Positions 1 to 8,732 of a DNA stretch of 64,000 nt are shown here, piece after piece. Made by a program: the position numbers and the translations under genes. The notes below the pieces were generated by a model. The model made no database searches. It was not told the origin of the DNA and was given only the letters and a program-made list of their open reading frames with translations. The stretch is from Oliverocinquevirus OLIVR5 (Duplodnaviria > Heunggongvirae > Uroviricota > Caudoviricetes): positions 23,074-87,073 of the IMG/VR virus record IMGVR_UViG_2974725113_000001; one strand, given 5' to 3'. How positions within the stretch are numbered: position 1 is the stretch's first letter; each line of letters begins with the position of its first letter.

Positions 1-431
1 TTGTCGGAAAGGTCGAGCTTGCCATTACGGATTTCCCAGTCTGTTCCTGGCTTCACACCGAGGATTTCTACTGCCTTCGAGTTCAGATAAGCGCGGACAC
101 GAGGAGGAGAGAACTTGATCTTCTTGAAAGGGAAATCAGACGGCTTCAGAGAAACGGTCTTCTTCACTCCAAGGTTTACGGTCGAAACGGAAATGGCTTC
201 AGCGTTGATCGTGACCTTCGGATCGCAATAGCGGAAAGCTCCATTCGGATGAACGACACAGTGAGCTTCCCTCTTGTATTCCTTTTCGAGACGAGCACAC
301 TCGATCATGGCCATGAGGATAGCGCGAGTCGGATCATATCCTGCGAAGGCCGTCCTGGAAATCAGAATGTGACCAGAGTAGAAATCGTAGTATGGCATAT
401 TTTCGAGGACGTTGACGGATTTCTTATGCAT
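1..431 (-). CDS. hypothetical protein, partial (runs off window start)
   Basis: Hand-translated MHKKSVNVLENMPYYDFYSGH... with no stop before base 1; ATG overlaps the TAA of the upstream gene. Confidence 0.7.
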   Translation of the reverse strand, partial: MHKKSVNVLENMPYYDFYSGHILISRTAFAGYDPTRAILMAMIECARLEKEYKREAHCVVHPNGAFRYCDPKVTINAEAISVSTVNLGVKKTVSLKPSDFPFKKIKFSPPRVRAYLNSKAVEILGVKPGTDWEIRNGKLDLSD

Positions 432-888
432 TGCCCATTGGCTCCATGTTCTCAAGATCGTAGAAGGTTTCCGTGATCTCTTTCTTGAAATTGTTGAATT
501 CGTTGATGAAGATCGTGTAAGCGGCGGTCACTTCGCGACTCACTCGAATAGCAGCATCCCTAAAAGCTTTCGAGTTGATTTCGATCATGTCGTTTAGACG
601 AGTCTCATCATTTATAATAGACTCATTCAAGCGACCGATGATACCCGGAAGGAGTTCTTCAGTGTCCTCGATGACTCGGAGGTTCTTGTAAATGTTCGTT
701 ACGAGAGCCTCGATCTTTCCGCAGTTCTCTACGAGAGCCTTCTTTGATTTGCTGTCTAGAGTGTCAAAGGATTCGATGAGATAATATCCTCCACAGCAAA
801 GGGAGTAGAATTCGGAGAGCTCCATCGTCAGCTTGGCGTAATGACCGTTCTCAGTAACGAATAGTAGAGGGTGGTTTTCGTGACTCAT
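424..888 (-). CDS. hypothetical protein
   Basis: ORF 424..1044; start moved to MSHENH (ATGA overlap with the dCMP deaminase stop). Confidence 0.7.
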   Translation of the reverse strand: MSHENHPLLFVTENGHYAKLTMELSEFYSLCCGGYYLIESFDTLDSKSKKALVENCGKIEALVTNIYKNLRVIEDTEELLPGIIGRLNESIINDETRLNDMIEINSKAFRDAAIRVSREVTAAYTIFINEFNNFKKEITETFYDLENMEPMGNA

Positions 889-1442
889 TTCTTTTCCTTG
901 AGTTGAATGAATTCCATGTCCTTGAGAATTTCGTAGAGGTGAGAAGAAGGAATTATCCATTTCTCCATGAACTCTTGATCCTGGACATACATGACGACTC
1001 GTCGAATACCGAGAGAATAGAGACGTGCAGCGCACTTTAGACATGGGAAATGTGTCATATAAGCGACGGCGCCGATTGCGTTCTGACCTGTCTCTATCAG
1101 CTTCAGGAAAGCATTCTCTTCAGCATGGATGGCAAACTGAAGACGAGTATCTCGTTCGAGAGAATTGACGAATTCGTCCTTGACTCCTTTCGGATATCCG
1201 TTGACTCCGTGAGAAATCATATTGCCATCCTTAACAAGGACGCATCCGACTTTCGTCCCGTTATACTTGGAGAGCCTGGCGAATTCTCTTGCCACGTTGA
1301 TGTAGACTTCCGCGTTCTTCACAGCCTTCGCTCGTGCCTTCTTGACTTCGAACGGAGTCGAGTCGAGTCCTATATGAGAAGGCTCCTGATAGAACAGGTT
1401 TCCTCCAATAGTGTGTTGATCTTCGCAGTGTTGACACATCAT
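885..1442 (-). CDS. cd: dCMP deaminase
   Basis: Zn motifs HAEENA and PCLKCA; KVGCVLVKDG..ISHGVNG. Confidence 0.93.
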   Translation of the reverse strand: MMCQHCEDQHTIGGNLFYQEPSHIGLDSTPFEVKKARAKAVKNAEVYINVAREFARLSKYNGTKVGCVLVKDGNMISHGVNGYPKGVKDEFVNSLERDTRLQFAIHAEENAFLKLIETGQNAIGAVAYMTHFPCLKCAARLYSLGIRRVVMYVQDQEFMEKWIIPSSHLYEILKDMEFIQLKEKK

Positions 1443-2282
1443 TTATCCTTTCGTCTTGTGGCGATCGAACCTGGAAATCATCGAAGGCTCTGCAGTCACG
1501 CGAAGCTCTTCGAGAAGCCATTCGGTCTCTTCAACCTTCTTATCATAGTCTGCGCCAGGATAGAACCACATTTTCATGTCTCCTGACCATTTATATCCGC
1601 GCTTCTTGAGAGCATCCTTCGACTCGAATGGAGAGTTCCGAGCGTAGATATCCCAGGACTCTGTATAGCACTTCGTCACGACCTGAGCAAAGTGATCGTC
1701 GATAGCCAGGAGATGGAGGAGTGCCCAGCAGTCTTCGAGAGCATCGTGGTGACCGAAGTAATAGTCCTTCAGATATGCCATCAAGACTCCGAGAGAACCA
1801 GACGGAACATTATACTTCTCGCGAAGGTTCAGGTCAGCATTCGTGCAACCCCAGATTATGTCGGACCGATAATTCCTGTCAGCGAATTGACGATCGAACT
1901 TGGCATTGTGGGCTATAGCGATTTCGGTTCCGTTGAAGACGTAATCGAAAGTCTCTTTCGTGATCTTCTTTCCTCGAACAGTTTCGATATCGATCCCTGT
2001 CAGAGTTGTGATCAACTCCGGGATTTCGATCGTCGGTTCGTTGTAGAACTGATCAGACTCGATCACATGAGTGATTTCCATCTCGTCGTTGAAGCCGAAC
2101 TTAATGAACCCAAGAGAAAGGATTTCGTCGACTTCTGGATCGAGGCCAGTCGTTTCGAAATCGATGGCTACACCGATATTATCTCCTTGCTTATACTTGC
2201 CAGAGAAAACTCGAGGCATCTCCGTGAGAACACGGCAATCGCCTTCTTGCTTTCCAATTACCCAACTTCCACCGATGAGCAT
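1443..2282 (-). CDS. DEDDh 3'-5' exonuclease (DNA polymerase III epsilon-like)
   Basis: IDFETTG, AHNAKFD, HDALEDC motifs; start refined to MLIGGSW. Confidence 0.88.
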   Translation of the reverse strand: MLIGGSWVIGKQEGDCRVLTEMPRVFSGKYKQGDNIGVAIDFETTGLDPEVDEILSLGFIKFGFNDEMEITHVIESDQFYNEPTIEIPELITTLTGIDIETVRGKKITKETFDYVFNGTEIAIAHNAKFDRQFADRNYRSDIIWGCTNADLNLREKYNVPSGSLGVLMAYLKDYYFGHHDALEDCWALLHLLAIDDHFAQVVTKCYTESWDIYARNSPFESKDALKKRGYKWSGDMKMWFYPGADYDKKVEETEWLLEELRVTAEPSMISRFDRHKTKG

Positions 2283-2283
2283 T

Positions 2284-2706
2284 TCAATTCCTTTCAATTC
2301 GATAAGCGGTATGGACACGACGTCGACCGCGAGGACCATATGGATCATAAGTGACACTATCCGAGATTACGTACGCGTGTCCGTATGTGCTAATGTAGAA
2401 ATCTCCTCGAGGATGCATCATCCTGAAATTGGCTTCAGACATAAGCTTCGGAGTTAGAGAATAGAAACCGAGACCTGCAGACTTTATGACCTGGAGAGCG
2501 TGATGATCGCATACTCCGTCTTTTCTCCAAGTCGGATCGAGTCTGTCGAGTTTCGAAATGATATCCTCTTCAGGAAGACCGGTCAAAATTCTGATGGCGA
2601 TAGGAGCGCATGGAGCACCCGGTGCTACCTTCAAAATCAAAGGATAGCTTGAATAATTTGAAATCTCTGAATACGACTTAGACAGGAAATCCATTACTTT
2701 CTCCAT
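2284..2706 (-). CDS. putative papain-fold (C39-like) peptidase
   Basis: CAPIAI ... GHAYVI ... YDP spacing of Cys/His/Asp; start MEKVMDF lies downstream of a promoter. Confidence 0.4.
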   Translation of the reverse strand: MEKVMDFLSKSYSEISNYSSYPLILKVAPGAPCAPIAIRILTGLPEEDIISKLDRLDPTWRKDGVCDHHALQVIKSAGLGFYSLTPKLMSEANFRMMHPRGDFYISTYGHAYVISDSVTYDPYGPRGRRRVHTAYRIERN

Positions 2707-2713
2707 TTGTTTC

Positions 2714-2742
2714 TTCCTATCATAGGACTTAAAGGTTGTAAA
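2714..2742 (-). promoter_or_regulatory. early sigma70-type promoter
   Basis: TTTACA-N17-TAGGAA on the minus strand. Confidence 0.55.
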
Positions 2743-3002
2743 TACCAAAGTTCAGTAAGGACAAAAATAAATAAGCATCCATGCGACGGATGAATACAGG
2801 GAATGTGCAATTTCCATGAACTCCGACGCTCTCGGTTCTACTTTCTGGGTTGGGAAACAAGGTGCACCGTTTTGGTATGAAATGGCATCTGAAGGATTCC
2901 TCCCAGAGGAAACTAGAGTGTTCGGATCAAGGGTACCGAACTTCCCGTATACAGGAAGACTGCTTTCTACAAAAAATGTACGCAGTTTACAAGTGATCCC
3001 CT

Positions 3003-3032
3003 CCAAGGCCAAGATTGATTTCTTGGCCTTGG
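3003..3032. terminator. 12-bp perfect hairpin with ATCCCCTCC flank
   Basis: CCAAGGCCAAGA-ttgatt-TCTTGGCCTTGG. Confidence 0.65.
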
Positions 3033-3038
3033 GAAGGG

Positions 3039-3269
3039 TTAAGCCTGCTCTCCGTAGAAAAGGTCAAGACGAGACTTGGATTTCACACGAGGATCGTGAT
3101 TTTCTGCGATGAACGTGACGAGATTGTACTGCTCAACCTGGGTCGAAGCGTCAACCTCTACGACATAGCTTTCGCCAGTCTTCTTGGCCTTCGGAGAAAG
3201 ACCGAGGTCTTTCAGAGATGCGACAAATGCGGTGTGGTTCTCGAGAACCGGGATACGGTACTTGGACAT
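3039..3269 (-). CDS. hypothetical protein
   Basis: ORF in co-oriented early cluster with RBS. Confidence 0.7.
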   Translation of the reverse strand: MSKYRIPVLENHTAFVASLKDLGLSPKAKKTGESYVVEVDASTQVEQYNLVTFIAENHDPRVKSKSRLDLFYGEQA

Positions 3270-3297
3270 TGGAGTCTCCTTTTGCTAGCGATCTATT

Positions 3298-3750
3298 TTA
3301 GAAGGCTGTCATCAGGAAATTCTCCGTCGACTCGACCATTTCGTTTAGATGAAGACCTTCGCCTTTGAGGTATCGGCTGCGAAGCTTTTTCCGTGCCTTG
3401 AAATCCTTTAGGAGAGCTTCGAGCTTGGCCGTAACCTTCGAATACTCGCTATAGTACGAGTCTGCGATGCTTTGAGTCCCATGGTCGAATTCGGAAGAGA
3501 CCTTTCGAAGTTCCTTCACAGCACGAGTCACGCCGGAAATGATATCGATCGTGGCGCCGATCCTGGAAATCGTAATGTCGATGTCGTCCGCGTTGATCCC
3601 TTCGAGAATGATATTGCCGATCGCCATCTCGACTTTCATTGTTAAATCTTCATCGAAATAGAACACCGAATCGAGCGCCTTCGGCTGACCGAGGTGATTG
3701 GTGTAGAAGTGTTCGAAGTTTGGAGACTTTGCGTATACGACTTGCATCAT
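3298..3750 (-). CDS. hypothetical protein
   Basis: ORF overlapping the stop of the upstream gene (ATGA). Confidence 0.75.
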   Translation of the reverse strand: MMQVVYAKSPNFEHFYTNHLGQPKALDSVFYFDEDLTMKVEMAIGNIILEGINADDIDITISRIGATIDIISGVTRAVKELRKVSSEFDHGTQSIADSYYSEYSKVTAKLEALLKDFKARKKLRSRYLKGEGLHLNEMVESTENFLMTAF

Positions 3751-4199
3751 TTTGCCTTTCGAGCTTTCGAGATGAGATTGACGAGACGATTGTGCCTAGA
3801 TAGGATGTTCTTCGTGTTGTCCAGATCAGATTGGAATTCGGACAGCGCGGCCTTATAGTCCTTCGACGTGAACCTATAATGACGAAGGAAATAACCGAAC
3901 CCGGATTGAGTCCTGAGGAGCCAGCGGTAGCAGGTGATACGATCCTCAAGGTCCTTAATATATTCACGCTCTTTCGGAAGAAGTTTCCCACCCTTTAAAA
4001 GCTTGGCGTCGACCTTCAGAAAGAAGTCTTCGACGTAGTCCTTCATCGGAGGGACGGTGACCACGAGGTATTTCGTATCGACGAACTCCTCAAGGAAGAT
4101 ATTGATCCCAGAAGAAGCTGGCATAAGATTAAAGATCATCTCCTTGTCTTTGCCCGCACGCCATTTCTCTGTGTACGTCTTCAGTCTTGTCTTATTCAT
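3747..4199 (-). CDS. hypothetical protein
   Basis: ORF with GGAG RBS, coupled to neighbours. Confidence 0.75.
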   Translation of the reverse strand: MNKTRLKTYTEKWRAGKDKEMIFNLMPASSGINIFLEEFVDTKYLVVTVPPMKDYVEDFFLKVDAKLLKGGKLLPKEREYIKDLEDRITCYRWLLRTQSGFGYFLRHYRFTSKDYKAALSEFQSDLDNTKNILSRHNRLVNLISKARKAK

Positions 4200-4386
4200 C
4201 TTGACTCTCCTCTTGCATCATATCGCGTTCCCATTTCTGGGCAATAATTCCGGCGATCATCAAAGAAAAAGTGAATGCTCCTAGAAATCCGACGGCGTTC
4301 ATCATCCAACTCTCTTCTGTGATGAACCAGAGAAGAACGAGAAAGATCGACATTGCGATCCCGAAGATTTCATCACCTTTAAGCAT
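4192..4386 (-). CDS. small membrane protein (2 TM)
   Basis: Two hydrophobic stretches: IFGIAMSIFLVLLWFI and AVGFLGAFTFSLMIAGII. Confidence 0.65.
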   Translation of the reverse strand: MLKGDEIFGIAMSIFLVLLWFITEESWMMNAVGFLGAFTFSLMIAGIIAQKWERDMMQEESQDE

Positions 4387-4546
4387 ACCGATCAGGACCC
4401 TTAGGAAAAGTCACAGACGAGATGAACGTGATCAGAATTGCTCCAATGAGTTCGAGCGGAATCGCTGTCAGATCGTCGATGTTCCAGAAGACCGTGAAGA
4501 CCGTGGCGATCACAGCAGTTACGAAGAAAAGTTTATTCTTGATCAT
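4379..4546 (-). CDS. small membrane protein (55 aa, not in the ORF track)
   Basis: Hand-translated MIKNKLFFVTAVIATVFTVFWNIDDLTAIPLELIGAILITFISSVTFPKGPDRYA; fills the gap between coupled genes. Confidence 0.6.
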   Translation of the reverse strand: MIKNKLFFVTAVIATVFTVFWNIDDLTAIPLELIGAILITFISSVTFPKGPDRYA

Positions 4547-4722
4547 TGAAGGAATTTCTCTTTGTTGCGGTCAGCAGCGCAAGGGTGATACCTGCGGCTA
4601 TGAGAGGAAATGTGACAAGGAGCACGGTGAACTCATAATTCACCTTTGTGCTCCCGAGAAGACAGAGTGCACCAATAATGATGCACATTGCCGAGATGAT
4701 GTAGTTGATCACGTTCTGCAAA
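4533..4722 (-). CDS. small membrane protein (2 TM)
   Basis: C-terminal part of ORF 4533..4916 after GGAG RBS (TTG/GTG start); VINYIISAMCIIIGALCLL and FTVLLVTFPLIAAGITLALL. Confidence 0.6.
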
Positions 4723-4920
4723 TTATTCTCCGAGGTGCGTGATACGGTGGATGTCTTCGATCCGGCAATCTTCGTGGTTCCAGACGGTATCGTCGAAGTA
4801 ATTGAGAGCGGCAGAGTAAGAAGGAAACTTCTTGATATGACCAGGAAGCTTCGTGTAAATGTAGGAGGCAGACTCAACAGCGATGTAGGACTTGGTAGAT
4901 TCGTTGATGATTGCAAACAT
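4723..4920 (-). CDS. hypothetical protein
   Basis: First ORF after the promoter at 4953-4981. Confidence 0.7.
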   Translation of the reverse strand: MFAIINESTKSYIAVESASYIYTKLPGHIKKFPSYSAALNYFDDTVWNHEDCRIEDIHRITHLGE

Positions 4921-4928
4921 TTTTCTTA

Positions 4929-4988
4929 CTCCGTGTTTGTGTTGATGATGTACTTATACTCAAGGTCTAAGTCATTGTAAACACCTAA
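4929..4988 (-). repeat. promoter+leader cassette, copy 1 (direct repeat of 5987-6045)
   Basis: 54/60 identity by hand alignment; TTTACA-N17-TATAAG followed by ACGGAG RBS. Confidence 0.85.
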
Positions 4989-4992
4989 TTTG

Positions 4993-5292
4993 CTATTCTC
5001 CGAAAATTCTTTCGAGTTTCTTGACGTATATCTCTTCGTGAGACCAGGAGGTAACCGCATCTATCATGTGGATGCATTCCTCGCGGTCTTGAGATGTGAT
5101 CTTGATGCCAACACCTCGATGACGATTCGTCCAATCGAGCCAGACATGATCTTCGTCTCCGTTGAAGTCGAGACCGATGATGTTGTTTCCGAGCGAAAGG
5201 ATATAAGAACCTTTTTCGACACGGATGACGTTGATCTCGCCGTCTAGAATAGGATTTACAATCTCCGCATAGAAATCATCATACGTCTTCAT
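4993..5292 (-). CDS. hypothetical protein
   Basis: ORF track, coupled cluster. Confidence 0.7.
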   Translation of the reverse strand: MKTYDDFYAEIVNPILDGEINVIRVEKGSYILSLGNNIIGLDFNGDEDHVWLDWTNRHRGVGIKITSQDREECIHMIDAVTSWSHEEIYVKKLERIFGE

Positions 5293-5680
5293 CGAGGTCC
5301 TCCAGAGCTGTCCTGAGAACGAAGATTTCGAACTTCGACTTCTCTATGCCTTCTTCATGACCTTTAATCTTCGACTCGTGCTTCTTGATGTCGTTGGTGA
5401 TTTTCCACCTCTTGGCATTGCCTGGAAAGTCCAGGAGCTCCGTCGGAATTTTCACAGTGTCCGACGTCTCGCAGCAGCGAACGCTATAGGAATAAGTGAT
5501 GTGGAGGTTTCCGTTCAGGTAGTAAATATTCTCGACCTTGTCGTACTCCGAAAGAGTGCCTAGCTTCAGATCAGCCAAAATCGGATTGACTGCATCGCGG
5601 AACACACGAAGGTCTGGATGCTTGAGGACATCAATTTCGTTCTGTGCCCATTCGATGATTTCGCGGATGGTATGTGCCAT
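5279..5680 (-). CDS. hypothetical protein
   Basis: ORF track, coupled cluster. Confidence 0.75.
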   Translation of the reverse strand: MAHTIREIIEWAQNEIDVLKHPDLRVFRDAVNPILADLKLGTLSEYDKVENIYYLNGNLHITYSYSVRCCETSDTVKIPTELLDFPGNAKRWKITNDIKKHESKIKGHEEGIEKSKFEIFVLRTALEDLDEDV

Positions 5681-5681
5681 G

Positions 5682-5978
5682 TTATTCTCCAGAGTTGATT
5701 TGCTTGATGAGATTGTTCTTGACGTTGACGACGAAGGTCTCGATCATGTCTTCCCAGAGTTCCTTGTCCAGGTCTCCGACTTTACAGGTCATGACGGTGA
5801 TCTCTTGGAAGAAATCTCCTTTGAGACCTTTAGCCTTTACGTTCGAACCGATCTGGATTACAACATAACCGCCTGGGTTCCAGACCTCGAAATTGAAGAT
5901 GTTTGGATTGAACGGAGTCATCTCTTCGAAGGTCTGCTTCATGAACTTCTTGAGAGAGGAATGAGTGACTTTAGACAT
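5682..5978 (-). CDS. hypothetical protein
   Basis: First ORF after the promoter at 6010-6038. Confidence 0.75.
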   Translation of the reverse strand: MSKVTHSSLKKFMKQTFEEMTPFNPNIFNFEVWNPGGYVVIQIGSNVKAKGLKGDFFQEITVMTCKVGDLDKELWEDMIETFVVNVKNNLIKQINSGE

Positions 5979-5986
5979 TTAGATGA

Positions 5987-6045
5987 CTCCGTTTTCGTGT
6001 TGATGATTACTTATACTCGAGGTCTAAGTCGTTGTAAATACCTAA
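5987..6045 (-). repeat. promoter+leader cassette, copy 2
   Basis: TTTACA-acgacttagacctcgag-TATAAG; near-identical to 4929-4988. Confidence 0.85.
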
Positions 6046-6419
6046 AATGGAAGAAGTCCCATTTCGATCTCAACTTCTTTGACTTCGGCCTCGAGCCTGG
6101 TGATCTGCTTGTAGAGTCGGTCGTATTGATCTACGGCCTGAGACAAAGCGTTCTTCCGAGACCAGAGTTTCGCATTGATCTCTCGACCATCCAGGACAAG
6201 TTCCAGCTTGATGTTGTACGAACCTCGAAGAGCATAGACTCCTTCGCTATGTTTGGCGAAATCAACCGTGTAAAAGAACTCGTCTCCGTGGATTTCAGCC
6301 GAAATGATCTCATCTGAAAGATTCAGTTGGACTCGACCGAGACCCTTTAAGACAGGATTGAGATGGTCCTTCAATTCGTTCGGAACCTTCAACAGGGCCT
6401 GAAGCGTTTCGATGTGCAT
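6042..6419 (-). CDS. hypothetical protein
   Basis: Start refined to MHIETL (TAATG overlap). Confidence 0.7.
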   Translation of the reverse strand: MHIETLQALLKVPNELKDHLNPVLKGLGRVQLNLSDEIISAEIHGDEFFYTVDFAKHSEGVYALRGSYNIKLELVLDGREINAKLWSRKNALSQAVDQYDRLYKQITRLEAEVKEVEIEMGLLPF

Positions 6420-6604
6420 TATACGATCTCCATGTAGCGTTTGATCTTTTTGATATTCATGTTCCACGATCCGTCAGACGAGCGGAAGAATGTAGACTCA
6501 TTAGGACCTCTCTCGAGCCTTCCAGCAACATACATATCGTATGTGGTATGGACAAGATAATCAGTGTCAAAGCGGAGAAACTTCTTGTCTGTGAACCATT
6601 TCAT
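6419..6604 (-). CDS. hypothetical protein, tandem paralogue 1
   Basis: MKWFxDK...DYLVxT...YxAG...FFxSSDGxW pattern shared with 6617..6805. Confidence 0.8.
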   Translation of the reverse strand: MKWFTDKKFLRFDTDYLVHTTYDMYVAGRLERGPNESTFFRSSDGSWNMNIKKIKRYMEIV

Positions 6605-6616
6605 GCTGATTATCCT

Positions 6617-6805
6617 TTATTCGATTTCGACGAACTTTTCGATCCAATGAAGACCGATATGCCATTGGCCGTCGGAAGACTTGAAAAAGAGCTCTTCGCT
6701 ATTCTCGATCCGTACGATCTTACCTGCGAGATATTGATGATCCTTCGTGTAGACGAGATAGTCGCATCCTACCTTCACGAGAGTTTTGTCTTTGAACCAT
6801 TTCAT
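6617..6805 (-). CDS. hypothetical protein, tandem paralogue 2
   Basis: Same pattern as 6419..6604. Confidence 0.8.
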   Translation of the reverse strand: MKWFKDKTLVKVGCDYLVYTKDHQYLAGKIVRIENSEELFFKSSDGQWHIGLHWIEKFVEIE

Positions 6806-7074
6806 CAGTTGTTAGCCTTCAATCTGCGCTTTGCCTGTGCTCTGGCCGTTCCGATCTTCTCGAACCAGCCGTTATTTCTTTCACCTTCCGAATCCTTCCG
6901 GTAGTCGAAGTAGGTGTAATTCTTCCAAATGTTATTCTTCTTCGAGTACTGATATTGAACTCGGAAGTGAGAGAGGCCGTAAATGTCGGTAACCTTCTCG
7001 ATCCGCATAGACATACGAGGACCTTCGAGAACTTCAACGATTTCGAACTTATCAGTCTTAGCAAAGAAGTACAT
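6805..7074 (-). CDS. hypothetical protein
   Basis: First ORF after the promoter at 7105-7133. Confidence 0.7.
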   Translation of the reverse strand: MYFFAKTDKFEIVEVLEGPRMSMRIEKVTDIYGLSHFRVQYQYSKKNNIWKNYTYFDYRKDSEGERNNGWFEKIGTARAQAKRRLKANN

Positions 7075-7104
7075 TTCGGTATCTCCGGTTGGTGTGTTGA
7101 ATTA

Positions 7105-7133
7105 TTCATACACACCAACTTAGACCTTGTAAA
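7105..7133 (-). promoter_or_regulatory. early promoter
   Basis: TTTACA-aggtctaagttggtgtg-TATGAA. Confidence 0.7.
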
Positions 7134-7150
7134 TAGGAAAAATGAGATTT

Positions 7151-7477
7151 TTAGTGAATTGTTTCAGGAGCAGTGAGGGTGATCGCGCCTGCATCGACAT
7201 CATTGTCATCAATGATCCAAGACGCGATGTACACTGCTTCATCCCTCGTGAACATGCCGAACGTACAGCGATAGAGGTAATTAGCTATCTCATTAAGAGT
7301 ATCGACATTGACTGTCTTGCCGAGCGCCAGCGTCTCTAACGCCTTCGTCATAAGATTACTGAACGTTTCTTCAAAGGACACCCTGTCGGCCTCCCTCACA
7401 CCTTCACTCATATGCTTCTTGCAGAAATTCTCGAAATTTTGTAGAGCTTCCATTGTGTCCCTCGTATAATGCTGCAA
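7151..7477 (-). CDS. hypothetical protein
   Basis: ORF track; true start may be MEALQN. Confidence 0.65.
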   Translation of the reverse strand: MQHYTRDTMEALQNFENFCKKHMSEGVREADRVSFEETFSNLMTKALETLALGKTVNVDTLNEIANYLYRCTFGMFTRDEAVYIASWIIDDNDVDAGAITLTAPETIH

Positions 7478-7506
7478 AGAGTCCGAGTATTTCTACTCGG
7501 ACTCTT
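7477..7506. terminator. 13-bp perfect hairpin
   Basis: AAGAGTCCGAGTA-tttc-TACTCGGACTCTT just after the stop of 7521..8012. Confidence 0.65.
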
Positions 7507-7520
7507 GGATGGTGGTAGGT

Positions 7521-8012
7521 TTATGCCATTTCTGGTTCGGTGACCTGTTCGGGTTCGAGCTTGGCTCGTTCCTTGGCTTCAGCCTTGTTGATGGCCCGGA
7601 GAGCATCAAGAGTCTTGCCGTAGGTATCACCGAAGAGTTCCAGGTGTTTGTCGTCAGGGACGGCGAGGAGTTGCGCTTTGCCTTTGGCAACTTCATGGCC
7701 GATCTTCGGGCAGATGAAGAAGATGACCTTCTTCTGGTCTTTCTCCGTGATTGTGAAGGTGTCGTAGATATCGCCGTGTGTCGGTTTGACGTTACGGAAG
7801 AACACGTAGTTCTTGTCCATGTCCACTTTGTCTTCTGCGACCTTCAGGAACCGCATGACCTTCTTGGCCAGAGGCTTCGTCCGGTGCTGGATGTCACGAT
7901 CGGTGACCTGGCGATCATGCCAGATGGAGTCGATCATGTTTACGTTCAGTTCGTCATAGACACCATTCTCGTAATTCTCTACGAACTTGCGGATGCTTAC
8001 TGCATTACTCAT
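7521..8012 (-). CDS. conserved phage hypothetical protein
   Basis: YVFFRN.KP.HG.IYD.F.I pattern I recall from myophage early proteins; start MSNAVS. Confidence 0.75.
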   Translation of the reverse strand: MSNAVSIRKFVENYENGVYDELNVNMIDSIWHDRQVTDRDIQHRTKPLAKKVMRFLKVAEDKVDMDKNYVFFRNVKPTHGDIYDTFTITEKDQKKVIFFICPKIGHEVAKGKAQLLAVPDDKHLELFGDTYGKTLDALRAINKAEAKERAKLEPEQVTEPEMA

Positions 8013-8148
8013 AGCATTTCTCCATTTGTTGGTTGAGATGATTAGGTTTATCGTATGCTTTACTTTCGTTGGTTTGGACTTACAGTTATATGCTACCACG
8101 CTTTAAGCGACTTGTAAATAGAAAAATGCACGAAGACGCAATTATTTA

Positions 8149-8379
8149 TCATAGAGCCTTCACAATGTTCTCTCGAGCATCTTCCATGGACATGTACCCT
8201 TCACAGGCGACGTATAGGTCTCTAGCCATCATGTCGATAAGTCTGTCAGTCTTCGGTTGACCGTAGTACTTATCAAGGAGCCATTTCTCCATTTCCTTCC
8301 AGTAAGTCGGAGACGACAAGTCTGGATATGGCTCCTCAGGCTCGATCTTGAAGAGTAAGTCGACGTTAAATGACGTCAT
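8149..8379 (-). CDS. hypothetical protein
   Basis: C-terminal part of ORF 8149..8505 from MTSFNV. Confidence 0.6.
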   Translation of the reverse strand: MTSFNVDLLFKIEPEEPYPDLSSPTYWKEMEKWLLDKYYGQPKTDRLIDMMARDLYVACEGYMSMEDARENIVKAL

Positions 8380-8731
8380 AGACCGTCTTGCCAGTTTTGA
8401 CCGCAGTAATGCTATTTCCTGGCAAGAACTTCTCCCAAAGAGCTGTCGAAGGATCGCCTTCTTTCTGTGTTCGCTTCCAAGTATGGAGTCGAAAATTCTT
8501 GTCAAGGAATCGATAAGTGATCGTCATCTCTTTCTTGTTATGGATGACCCAAACCTTGTAGCCTTCGCCTTCGAGGTTGTTCGCAATGACTGCACCGAAA
8601 ACCCAGACCCATCGAGCAAGCTTGATCGGGATAGAATTGAAAGAACCGTCATCAACGAAGACGTTTCTCAACGTGTCGATCGATACATCCTCAAAATGTT
8701 CGAGGAAGACTTCAGAACTTACGGCAGCCAT
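8366..8731 (-). CDS. hypothetical protein
   Basis: ORF track. Confidence 0.7.
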   Translation of the reverse strand: MAAVSSEVFLEHFEDVSIDTLRNVFVDDGSFNSIPIKLARWVWVFGAVIANNLEGEGYKVWVIHNKKEMTITYRFLDKNFRLHTWKRTQKEGDPSTALWEKFLPGNSITAVKTGKTVYDVI

Positions 8732-8732
8732 T

